From the NCBI GenBank assembly GCA_963800775.1, contig CAWDCQ010000019.1, forward strand, positions 400-64,399: a stretch of DNA of 64,000 nt. The letters are read 5' to 3'. The notes under the pieces are model-generated. The model was not told the origin of the DNA. It saw nothing but the letters and a program-made list of their open reading frames with translations, and did not search any database. The translations under genes and the position numbers were made by a program. The DNA comes from an uncultured Methanomassiliicoccales archaeon (GTDB taxonomy: Archaea; Thermoplasmatota; Thermoplasmata; Methanomassiliicoccales; UBA472). Shown here in pieces: positions 53,590-63,493 of the stretch; the stretch's first letter is position 1, and each line of letters starts with the position of its first letter.

Positions 53590-53823
53590 ATGCGATACGG
53601 CGCAAGCAGCAATCTCCCGCCTGAAAAAGTGATCGAGAAGGCCAAGACGTACTTTGAAAAGCTGGGTCTCAAGGTCGTCAGCCAGGAGCCCGGGAAGCGT
53701 GTTGCCTGGAAGGGGCAGGCGGCCGAGTAACGGTCACCGCCTGCGGAGAGCATGAAACCGACGTAGAGGTCCTCACCGAAGCGGGAATTCCAGGTCAGGC
53801 AGTTCATCCAGATGATAGGCTGA
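53590..53823 (+). CDS. Small hypothetical protein, apparently with two compensating frameshifts
   Basis: MRYGASSNLPPEKVIEKAKTYFEKLGLKVVSQEPGKRVAWKGQ | GGRVTVTACGEHETDVEVLT | EFQVRQFIQMIG by hand translation. Weak call. Confidence 0.35.
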
Positions 53824-53827
53824 GGGA

Positions 53828-54638
53828 TCAGAACAGCCGGCCCCCTCTCGAAGGGCCCTTCTCGGTGATGGCCTCGAGAGATCAGCTCCAACGGCGTCGG
53901 TTCGAATATCTGGCTCCTTACCTTGTATTTGCCGTCCGTTCTTTGCTGGATGTTCCACCCCGGCCTTAGTTCGGATGTGATCTTCAGCGTGCTCGAGACC
54001 ACATACACCGGAATGCCCGCCTGCATCGATGCGAGAGCGATCCCGTACGTGCCCACCTTGTTGATCAGGGCCGGGGGAGTTATCGCGTCCGCTCCTAACA
54101 GGCACAGGTCAGAATCCCTTGCCTCGGCGTAGACCATCGAATCGGAGATCATGGTCACGTCGATGTCCGATCCGGACAGCAGCTCTGCGGTTCGCTTGCC
54201 CTCGCCCAGCGGCAAGGATTCGGCCACAACTACCTTTAGATCCTTCTTCTTCGCGAGCATTTCCAGGACCCTGACCACAGTCCCCGAGTAGGATAGGGTG
54301 AGGACCGTTCCCCCGACCTTTTCCATCGCGTTCTCAGAGATCCGGTCAACAGCAGACCGCTCGTTGGCGATGACCCGTTCCACCCAGAGCAGCGCCGCCC
54401 GGTCCGGCCCAGGCGATCTGGCCGCTGTTTCTATCATCCGGGCAATATTGCTTAATGGCGCCATCGCCGGTTTGGCTTTCCTCAGAGCGCCAGCGAATTC
54501 CAGAAGCCGCTCCTGGCTTGCTTCGTTGTCGGTCAAGATCCTGTGAAGCCCGTCGAGAACATACGCGGCGGTCTCAGACGAACCGGAGACGTAATCCTCT
54601 CTCACCTTGTCCGCGAGGGCCGCTAGATCGTTCGGCAT
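53828..54638 (-). CDS. eIF-2B alpha/beta/delta-family protein (initiation factor 2B-related / sugar-phosphate isomerase family); frameshift at ~53875
   Basis: ..TVLTLSYSGTVVRVL..VVVAESLPLGEGKRTAELL..LLGADAITPPALINKVGTYGIALASMQAGIPVYVV..FEPTPLELIS | EAITEKG. The long tail of ORF 53550..54638 is out of frame. Confidence 0.7.
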
Positions 54639-54717
54639 GCGATTAGAATAGCTAGCGCCAATATCAATTGTGACCTTGGCTCAAGAAATAGGAAAATCCG
54701 GTGTTAGGGTGGGGGCC

Positions 54718-55257
54718 CTACACCGTCGGGTAAACGACCTCGTCCGAAGCCTTCTCCAGCGCATTTAGGCTGGTCTGATAGTGGTTCTTCGGGTCAAGAC
54801 TGATGATGAAATTACCCTCCCCGGTCTTCATCTCTGTCTGGACCTTCTTGATGACGTCGAGGACCGGCCGGCTGCCGTTCCACATTTCCAGGACATCCAC
54901 TCCGTTCAGTACGACGATCCCGTCATGGTTGACCTTAAGGAACTCCTTGACCTGTTCCTCGAACATCTGCAGGTTCATCGGTGGGATGCAGTTGCTCTCC
55001 GGCCTGGGCGTAAGCCACTTTGTCTGTAACGGATCCGAATTAAGGCTGAACTGGGTTCCTAGCTGGCTGGGGGAGTGTTTTGATATGTACAATGCCGCCC
55101 TCCCTCGTGCAAGTTCCTTCCTTAACAGTTGATGTGTTCGCAATGGCACTCTCTCCTCGATCAAATACAGCTTTCCAGACGAGATCCTCATAAACACCCT
55201 TCCTCGCACCCTTATGCTGTACGCTCTTTCGTTAGTGCATTGATGATAGTTGCCCAT
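54718..55257 (-). CDS. DUF835-family protein (third copy)
   Basis: ALYISKHSPSQL..KWLTPRPESNCIPPMNLQMFEEQVKEFL..IVVLNGVDVLEMWNGSRPVLDVIKKVQ..FIISLDPKNHYQTSLNAL. Confidence 0.65.
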   Translation of the reverse strand: MGNYHQCTNERAYSIRVRGRVFMRISSGKLYLIEERVPLRTHQLLRKELARGRAALYISKHSPSQLGTQFSLNSDPLQTKWLTPRPESNCIPPMNLQMFEEQVKEFLKVNHDGIVVLNGVDVLEMWNGSRPVLDVIKKVQTEMKTGEGNFIISLDPKNHYQTSLNALEKASDEVVYPTV

Positions 55258-56475
55258 GTTCTTATCGGGAAAACCGTCATTTTCCGCAATAAAGGCGATA
55301 ATTCCATGGTCTACAGCGGAACCTTCTAAACTCCCGAAGCATTATTCCCCCGCCCGAGGTCGGTCCGGGATCGATACCAGGCACCATGGAACGAGGGTCA
55401 AATATACACATGTTCAAAAAGCGCATCTTCCGCTGATTCCGCGAAAATGGCGAAGTTACGTCCCCGAAGGGTCGATTGTGCCAGGTGAGGGTAGTAGTCC
55501 CTTTCTGTTTCAGGCAGCATTCAACTTAGCGCCCTACCTGCCAGTCCTGAGCTGTCATCCCGGCTGTTTGGGCTTGCTCCTGTGAGGTGTCGCCGTTTCA
55601 CCAAATCCCCGAGAACGTCACCGTCGAACGGATCATCCTATTGATCGGGGCTGTGTCGTTTCTGCGCCCTTGCCCAGGCTCTCGCCCGGCCGCTTGTGCA
55701 GTCCACATTTCTCTTGGAGTGGGGAACTTCCTCAGCTGGACCGAAGTCCTACCGTCAGCCGCCCTCCCTCTCCTGGCAAGTCTTCCTAAGCAAAGGAGCT
55801 ATTAATAATTCACCTTCTGGGTGGTCCAGATTGCCCGGGACTTCCGATCGAGTCGGACCAAAGCCGTTGAGATGCACAGTTTCAGGTGGTCATGTTCGCC
55901 CGAGGGCGATAAGAGAAGCGTCAATGGGATGGCTTTCTCGTACCGATCAGGTCTGAGCTCGTTCACTTTCCTCGTAATCGAACGCATTCGTCCCTCATCA
56001 GTGAATTCAGGGATGTTCGAGTCGAGAAAGAACCCGAGGCTCACAGACTTGACCGTATCGCTGTTCATCCGACAGGGCGTGAATATTCCAACCCCTGTAG
56101 CCTTTGCCAGATGCCGGCAATTGTCGGAATCAATAATGATAATAGCCTGACGAGGTTTATATGCTCAAAATGCGGGTCCATGCTCAAGGAAGTCCAATCA
56201 AAGGGTAAAACACACCTTACCGGCTTCGTCGATTGTGACTCCCCTCTCCTCCTCCATTATTGTAAGGGCGAAGTCGGTACAACTTTTCTTACAACTCTGT
56301 TAGTTCAAAGATCCCTTCATTCTTGTCCTCATATTTCGTGCCTATATCGGATGATTCGCAACACAAGCCATTCAACTGGATGGTCTAATCGTGATCCCCC
56401 CGATCGCATTGTTCGATCGATTACCGGATCGGTTGCCCTGATGGAATGAAGCGGGGTTTGCCATCCCGGAGGAAT

Positions 56476-56905
56476 TCATTCCCAAGCGTATGCCACGTCG
56501 CTGAACTCCATCGGTCCTCCCTTGGCATCCACGACCGCTATGATCGAGTTCATCCAGGCATACTTCTCCGATCTGGTCATGAATGAGACTACAATGATGC
56601 CCGTTTGCTTGGCTCCCATCTGTTTGCCATGTGATGTGCCGTTCCAGACGATCATCTCTTTGTCCTGGGCCATCATCATTCCGGCCCATTTGCCGAAGGC
56701 CTTACCGTCTGATTTTATCCAGACAGTTCAGAGCCCATATTCGTTCCGCTAGGGAACCGTCCAAAACCTTTCAGGTCCGCACTGAACGATTGCTTCATCT
56801 TTATCCCATCAGCGTCGACCGATTCGACGAACATCGTCGTGTACTTGGCCTTTTCTCGAACAGTTTCTCTCCCATTGGCATAGGATACCTCAATTATGAG
56901 TCCTA
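56476..56905 (-). CDS. Hypothetical protein, frameshifted; weak call
   Basis: ..VSYANGRETVREKAKYTTMFVESVDADGIKMKQSF.. and ..KAFGKWAGMMMAQDKEMIVWNGTSHGKQMGAKQTGIIVVSFMTRSEKYAWMNSIIAVVDAKGGPMEF in adjacent minus frames. Confidence 0.3.
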
Positions 56906-57465
56906 ACGACCGATATTACTATCTTTTACGCTGCAAGACCGGATTATTTGCTATTCGCAACATCTTATCACTATTATTTTTCGCCATGCCGTATCGATCC
57001 ATCCACTATGGTCCTCAAATCCATTGATCCAAATTGACACTTTTATTGACGAAACCAGCATTCCCTGATGCAACCAAGATAGGCAAACGAAGGCTGACGG
57101 TGTTGGATCGAAGATCTTCTATTGCCGCTGAATATTCAATCGATTGTGCGGATAGGCATCAGATTCCAATCAAATCGACCGATACTAAAGTTTGGAAATC
57201 CTGTCTGTTCCCGCCGACCCGATCGAGATTATTGGTCCTTGCGAGTTGTTTTGTCAAGCACGGAAATGCGATTGCGAACATTGGCACAAATTCATTAAGA
57301 ACGGCAAGGACATTGCCTTTGCCCAATGGATAACGACCTCCATAAGGACAGGCTCAATGGAACGACCAACAAAGGTCCAGATTGTAGAGCCACGGTCCCG
57401 GAGGTTTCGTCGAGCGATGATATGAAACCGTATAAGAGTTCGAGACATGTCCAGAAGATCTAGGG

Positions 57466-59404
57466 GTGCAGAACAAAGAGCTCAAGAGACTGCGATCTGA
57501 GTTGGAAGCGACCAAGGCCAAATATTTCGATCTCTATGAACTTGCTCCGGTCGGCTACATAACGCTTGATGACGAATTGAGCATCAAAGAATCGAACCTG
57601 GCCGCTTCGTTATTGTTGGGGGTAGAAGGAAGAGACCCTTCATAGACACCGGTTTTTCGAGGTTTGTCCTGCCAAAATCCCACGAATCGTTCATACTGCA
57701 TTATCGCGGAGTGCAGCAAAATCGGGAAAAACAAGTGGGCACGTTCTCAGTTCAAGGCAAGGATGGAAACGAAATTCGTGTCCGAGTTGAAAGCACCCTC
57801 ATTGAAAACGGTCCTGAAAAGGGGTACAGATCCGTACTGGTCGATGTTACCAGCATATGATCGAGGTAGAGGCACTCAAACGGGCCAACGACGACATAGA
57901 ATGGAATGCAAAAGAAAAACATCAGGGGACTGATTAATAGCGAGGAGAGGTATCGCAGGTTATTCAATGGCATTCAATCTCCGATATCAATATACAAATT
58001 CATCTACAACAACGAAGGGGACATAGTTCATTGGATCCTTGAAGACACCAACCTGGCAGGACTGAATATTCTGGGGAAGAAATCATTGGAAGATGTTCTG
58101 GGTAAAGATGAAACGGAACTCTTCGAGTCCCAATAATCGGAGTGATCGGCTTCCTTTGTTGAAACAGCTTAAAGCCAATGGCCAACAGATTGTTAAAGAA
58201 TTATATTTTGATTGGTCAAAAAGATATTTCCTTTCGTCGCTGGTCTTGTTGGATGCAGACCACTTCATTACATCAGTAACCGATATCACAGAGATTAAGC
58301 GAGCCCAGTCGGAAATAGAAGAAAGCGAAGCCCGCTACCGTAGCCTTTTCGAGAACAATCAGGCTCCCATGCTGATCATCGATCCATCGACTGGCGAGAT
58401 CCTCGATGCCAACCAGATCGCCTCTGGATACTATGGATATTCGCATGAAATGTTAACAAAGATGCAAAATACAGGAGATCAACACGCTCGATCCAGATGG
58501 GGTAAAGGCGGAGATGGCCCAATCACTTGATGGATCGAAGAGGAAATTCGATTTCCGTCACCGTTTGGCCAACGGGGAAGTACGTGATGTGGAGGTACAT
58601 TCGGGGGTAATTCATATTCAAGGCAGGCCCCTGCTTTACTCGATAATTCATGACGTTTCCGAACGAAAGATGATCGAAAAGGAGATCATAGAGAGAACCG
58701 AAGATCTGGCCAGATCCAACGCAGAGCTGCAACAGTTTGCCTATATCTCCTCGCACGATCTCCAAGAACCGCTCCGAATGGTGGTCAGCTACTTGACGTT
58801 GCTCGATAAGAGGTTCGACCACCAACTCGATCCGCAGGCTAGGGAATACATCAATAATGCCGTCGAGGGCGGGTCAATAATGCGGCAGCTCATCGATGAC
58901 CTGCTGGAGTACTCGCGATTGGACGTCGCGGGCAAAGAGTTCGTTCCCGTTAAAATGAACGAGGTCCTAGAATACACGATTAGAGTGCTGAAGATCCCAA
59001 TTGAAGAAAACAATGCACAAATCGTAGTTGGACCTCTTCCGGTGGTCAATGCAGATGAGATGCAAATGATCCTGTTGATGCAAAACCTTGTGGGAAACGC
59101 GATCAAATTCCATGGATCGGAGAGGCCGGTGGTTCAAATTACCGCTGAGCCAGGACCAAGGGACTGGGTATTCACGGTGAAGGACAACGGCATCGGGCTG
59201 AACACAGAATATTCCGACAAGATATTCCAGATGTTCCAACGATTGCATACCAAGGATCGATATCCAGGCACTGGAATCGGTTTGGCGATTGCGAAAAAGA
59301 TCGTGGAACGACATGGTGGACGGATATGGGTCGAATCGGAAGAAGGGAAGGGAGCGACATTCCACTTCACTATTCCCAAAGAGGAAGGGAAAGTGAAAGA
59401 ATGA
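57466..59404 (+). CDS. Multi-PAS sensor histidine kinase (3 PAS + HisKA + HATPase_c); at least 5 frameshifts; true start may be as far up as 57325
   Basis: KAKYFDLYELAPVGYITLD.., SEERYRRLFNGIQSPISIY.., SEARYRSLFENNQAPMLIIDPSTGEILDAN.., then the intact ORF 58514..59404 with FAYISSHDLQEPLR, NLVGNAIKF, DNGIGL, GTGIGLA. Confidence 0.8.
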
Positions 59405-59787
59405 ACAGGGCCAATTTTCCTTGATTATAGCCAATCATGGCACTAATATCCAGTCCATGTTATTCTCCAATTGATGCAACCAAAAAGTAGTGTTTGTAAA
59501 TGTGCTCCAGTCAAAGGCGCAGCTCAGAAATCTACTTCTCTTGCATGTCCCGGTTCTTCCATGGTTGCGCCGACGACCCTGGTGGTTTGGCGATTATTAC
59601 GATGTGATCCACTTTGTGGGGCGAACATCACAACCGAATTTAATATTCCGACGTGAGCATTTTTATCTTCTGAGCCTGGAACATAACCAAAGGCGACATT
59701 CGTCTTTCTGAAAATCAATTATGATAATCAGACATTTCGCTTTAAATGTCTTAAAATCCGTTATTATCATATTCGTCAGGTAATGAA

Positions 59788-60216
59788 ATGCCAAGAGTAC
59801 TTTGTGTTGATGATGATCCGGCTTTGTTGAGGTTGACATCAATCTATTTCAGGGAGGATGACCAGATCAAGATTGTCGGGGTTACATCTCCCAAAAAAGC
59901 TTCGGAACTCCTCCAGACGGACGATTTCGATGTGATAGTCTCAGACTATCAGATGCCCGGCATGGATGGTATTTCGTTTCTGAAGGAATTGAGGAGTTCT
60001 GGAAATTCCATCCCGTTCATCCTCTTATCCTGGCGAGTGGATGAAAAACTTGCTATCGAAGCTATCAACCGAGGGGCGGATATCTGTCTTCAAAAGAGTA
60101 TGGACTTTGAAGATCAGTTCTTGGGCCTTAGAAAGGCAATGATTCTGCTAAGCAAGAAAAGGGGATTCGAGAACGGGATGTTAAAGTCTGAACCGGTCTC
60201 AGTACAGTGCAGATGA
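59788..60216 (+). CDS. Single-domain response regulator (REC)
   Basis: RVLCVDDDPALL..DVIVSDYQMPGMDG..PFILLS..CLQKS. Intact 142 aa. Confidence 0.8.
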   Translation: MPRVLCVDDDPALLRLTSIYFREDDQIKIVGVTSPKKASELLQTDDFDVIVSDYQMPGMDGISFLKELRSSGNSIPFILLSWRVDEKLAIEAINRGADICLQKSMDFEDQFLGLRKAMILLSKKRGFENGMLKSEPVSVQCR

Positions 60217-60379
60217 GCTGAACGACTCCCAGCCATTATCCAAGAATCGCTTTGAGCCGCTTCGGAAGATAGCCCCTCCAATAAGCCAGGTTCCGGGGAT
60301 GGTCTCACTTGTTGGGTGACGTTTTGTCAGTAACCAGACTATGAATTTCTCCCGATTTATTCCCGTTTCCTTTATACCC

Positions 60380-62040
60380 TGAGATTGACAGTTGAAACAC
60401 CGAATTTCAACTGGTTTTAGAATTTGACAGGAGATTTTGAGGTGTCTCGACCTCGTCGAAATCGCCCGTTTTCGGGCGATTTTGTTAGGTCGGATCGAGG
60501 TATTCTGCCAAAATGGCTTTGTTGATTGCGTTGAAGTTCGAGTAGAACTTCTTCTTCAATCCGTTTCCTGCCGAAACCAGCGTAAGTGTCAATTTTTTCA
60601 GAGCGGCAATGATGAATTTCGTTGACATGCGTTTTACTGGCTCAACGAAATGTCGTGTCAAACTGATCATGACCTGAGCGATGAAACCGATCAAAAGGAC
60701 GCCGTGCACGGCGTCCTCCGACCATACTCGGACCGGTTTGATCTCGATCTCGCTCTTCAACGAATGGAAGAGCTTTTCTATCGCATCCTTGGCCCGGTAG
60801 ATCCTCAGCGCCTCGGAAGATGGCATATCCCGGTTGGAGGTGAGGCAGAAGCAACCTTCGCGTCCGTCGATGACCTCTCCGAGGAGGAGGCGGAGCGCCT
60901 CCGCTTCCGGCAGGTCAGTGAGCCTGGTCTGGTAGTCATACTTGACGTCGACCAGTGGATTGTTGATCCGGAAACGTTTCGGCAATTTCTTTCCCTTGTC
61001 CAGGCTGTCCTGGATCAATCGCGCCTCGGCCAGCAGGCGTTCCGCCTGCCTGAGGCGCGATCTCATCTGCTCTTTCTTCAGCTTCTGGGAGAAAAAGTAG
61101 TAGTTGATACGGCTGGGGAAAACCTTCTTCAAAGCACAGATGCCAGCCTCGGCATCCGTGCACTCCCAATCCTTCTTCGAGAATCTTTCGAAGTACTGGT
61201 CATCACTTTTATTCAATTTCTTGGCGGTCAGATAGTCATTTCCGTCCAGCTCGATCCGCTCCAAATTCTCCCTGTCGTTCGCTCCCCGGTCGAACACGAT
61301 CAGGGAACCCGGAACGAGCAGTCGCCGGACCTGGCCATATGTGGACTTCATGTGAACTTGGTCGTTGATATTACCGGCCTCGACGGTAAGACCGATTGGA
61401 ACGCCGTAGGGCGGCGCCAGCATGGCCGCCCCGAGCGTCAGCTGACGCTCGTCCGGCTGGTGGTCTCGCGAATATCCGAACTCGGCCAGGTCGGACCGGT
61501 CGCCATACATGGCGATCGATGTCCAGTCCAGCAGGATATCGGTCGGTGGATGGCCTAATAGCTCCAGGACGCGGTCCTGGAGCTTATGGATGATCCTTTC
61601 CCGGTTGTGGCCCAGAGTTTCCACCGCCCTATAGAGCGTCTTTTCATCAAATGACTTCAATTCGTACTGTTCCAGCATCTCCGGCTGGTTCAGCCACTGG
61701 CTTGCCTGCAGCACACTGAAGTTATCACCCAGCTTGTATGCCAGCAAACCACGCGTGAGGGCATCCAGCGGGATGCCCTTGGTCTTGAGCGGTCCGATGA
61801 ACTCGCTCAAGCCCAGTCGTTCGTAGAGATTGTCCACCATCAGACTCGGTCCGATGGGAAAAGATTTATTTCCGTTAGGCGTAAGCTGAGCTGTCCTCAG
61901 TCTGGACTGTCTTTGCACAATTACAGCAGGGCTGAGGGCACTTCATATCTTTTTCGAATCGGTCTGTTATTAGGATGATCCAGTCATCGATGTTCGACGA
62001 AAAACATCAAAAATTGACCAGGTCAAGTGTCAAGGTCAGG
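60380..62040 (-). mobile_element. IS1634-family (IS4 superfamily) insertion sequence; ends approximate
   Basis: Contains the intact transposase. Imperfect terminal inverted repeat candidates are ATTGACAGTTGA (60384-) and TCAAGTGTCAAG (-62033). Boundaries are not verified. Confidence 0.55.
60485..61918 (-). CDS. IS1634-family DDE transposase (intact, 477 aa)
   Basis: DILLDWTSIAMYG (D), LIVFDRGANDRENL (D), YRAKDAIEKLFHSLKSEIEIKPVRVWSEDAVHG (E/K region). The length and layout are typical of IS1634. Confidence 0.8.
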   Translation of the reverse strand: MQRQSRLRTAQLTPNGNKSFPIGPSLMVDNLYERLGLSEFIGPLKTKGIPLDALTRGLLAYKLGDNFSVLQASQWLNQPEMLEQYELKSFDEKTLYRAVETLGHNRERIIHKLQDRVLELLGHPPTDILLDWTSIAMYGDRSDLAEFGYSRDHQPDERQLTLGAAMLAPPYGVPIGLTVEAGNINDQVHMKSTYGQVRRLLVPGSLIVFDRGANDRENLERIELDGNDYLTAKKLNKSDDQYFERFSKKDWECTDAEAGICALKKVFPSRINYYFFSQKLKKEQMRSRLRQAERLLAEARLIQDSLDKGKKLPKRFRINNPLVDVKYDYQTRLTDLPEAEALRLLLGEVIDGREGCFCLTSNRDMPSSEALRIYRAKDAIEKLFHSLKSEIEIKPVRVWSEDAVHGVLLIGFIAQVMISLTRHFVEPVKRMSTKFIIAALKKLTLTLVSAGNGLKKKFYSNFNAINKAILAEYLDPT

Positions 62041-62212
62041 TTATACTGACATTTTCGCAGTCAAGTCCCTGGCACGTCCGAACCAACTTTCTCCGCATAT
62101 CCAGACCTCTCCTTCCATGCGCCGACGACTCTGGCGATCTAGCGACGTTTTCCAGCGTGCTCCACTCCGTTGGGCAAACATTAATAACCGAAGCCAACAT
62201 TCCGAGGTTCAA

Positions 62213-62299
62213 GCGGGGATAGCCAAGCATGGCCAACGGCGCTAGATCGAGGGTCTAGTCCCTAGCGGTCCAAGGGTTCAAATCCCTTTCCCCGCACCA
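62213..62299 (+). tRNA. Class II tRNA, most likely tRNA-Leu (anticodon read as GAG), CCA encoded
   Basis: Acceptor GCGGGGA/TCCCCGC + A + CCA. 3-bp D stem GCC/GGC with a long D loop. Anticodon stem CTAGA/TCTAG with loop TCGAGGG. 13-nt variable arm TCCCTAGCGGTCC. T arm AAGGG-TTCAAAT-CCCTT. A TTTTT tract follows. Confidence 0.8.
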
Positions 62300-62552
62300 T
62301 TTTTTATTGGGCCGGTCCTGTTTTGCTTCCGTGCATCGATCTGAGAACTTCGTGAATAGAGTTTGCAGCTTAACCTTGGTTACTGCACATCTAAGCATGC
62401 CATTCCAGATTTATTTCGGTCGATCATCCATTGGAATTGTGGAAGGGCTCAATATGTGGTCTGGTCCATGGATAGAACTTTTGTTGTGGCCGGCCTGCAT
62501 ATTCAATCAGAGGCACATGACCTTGCTGAGCTCATTGGCCTATCCGAACAGA

Positions 62553-63020
62553 TCACACTCCTGGACCCGTATCAATGAACTCGTAGATGGTCCCCAGGAG
62601 CGGCTCTGAGTCCATGTAGTAAAATGTGTTAGGGCCGATCTTGCCGCTCATGAGCACTTCGATTCCCATTTCCTTGAAAGCCGCCAATATCTTGTCCGGG
62701 TCGTGGACCGTCGACTGGACATGGTGAAGGCCGCCTCCTCTCTCCTCCAGGAACTCCTTCCAGATGCTAGGGCCCTCAAGGGGTTGTATGAGCTCTAATT
62801 GAATACTTCCGTTCTGTGCAACTGCGGCCATCATTGTGGCATCGACCGGTTTCCCGCGCAAGGTAACGCCCGTCAGAATCGGAGGTTCCATTTTGACGGT
62901 ATACCAAGGGCCAATTCCCAACAGTGTCCAATTGTCCACCTCCATCTGCAGGTCCCTGACCACCATGCCGATCTGGGATATCTCGCCTATTTTGATGCCA
63001 GGTAAATCCATTTTGCCCAT
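62553..63020 (-). CDS. VOC-family (glyoxalase / methylmalonyl-CoA epimerase-like) protein
   Basis: MGKMDLPGIKIGEISQIGMVVRDLQMEVDNW..IQLELIQPLEGPSIWKEFLEERGGGLHHV..YYMDSEP. Start is taken at the internal Met 63020. Confidence 0.65.
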   Translation of the reverse strand: MGKMDLPGIKIGEISQIGMVVRDLQMEVDNWTLLGIGPWYTVKMEPPILTGVTLRGKPVDATMMAAVAQNGSIQLELIQPLEGPSIWKEFLEERGGGLHHVQSTVHDPDKILAAFKEMGIEVLMSGKIGPNTFYYMDSEPLLGTIYEFIDTGPGV

Positions 63021-63493
63021 CTTTCGACCTCTTAACTCATTTGGTCCTCGCCATATAATAAACCCTTGAAACGTAGGATTTTCCAAGGTCAAGCGTCGTT
63101 GTTGCAAATCAAGCAATTGATCGAACGGAATATCTGGGATATCGGGCGACTTTACCAGGATTCAGGTCCCGTAGGCATAGTCCTACGGAGTGTCCAGAAC
63201 GGGCATGTTCGATATCAATGGACCTTTCCCTTGGTCTGTCCCTATGCGCTCCGAGGAATTGCCCAGAATGCCAGGCCTCCAGATCACCATTCTGCATTAA
63301 TCCGACAATACTGATCTCCGCCGGTCTCGATGTTCGAATAGCCACCATAATAGAAAGAATTCATCGGCGCGCTCGAATAATATAGATGATCCGATGTTTC
63401 GTTACATTTTTTATAGATAAATGACTAAAATTATAATGCTGGCGATAAAACTAAATAAACTCGGCAGGCAAGAACGGTCCGTGGCCGATAATT

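Noticed and set aside
55300-56450. Integrase or transposase remnants in the ORF-poor stretch (for example AIIIIDSDNCRHLAKATGVGIF.., minus strand ~55.8-56.15 kb)
   Set aside because: No catalytic motif or family could be recognised by eye, and the frames are too broken. It is reported only as degenerate sequence within the low-GC segment.
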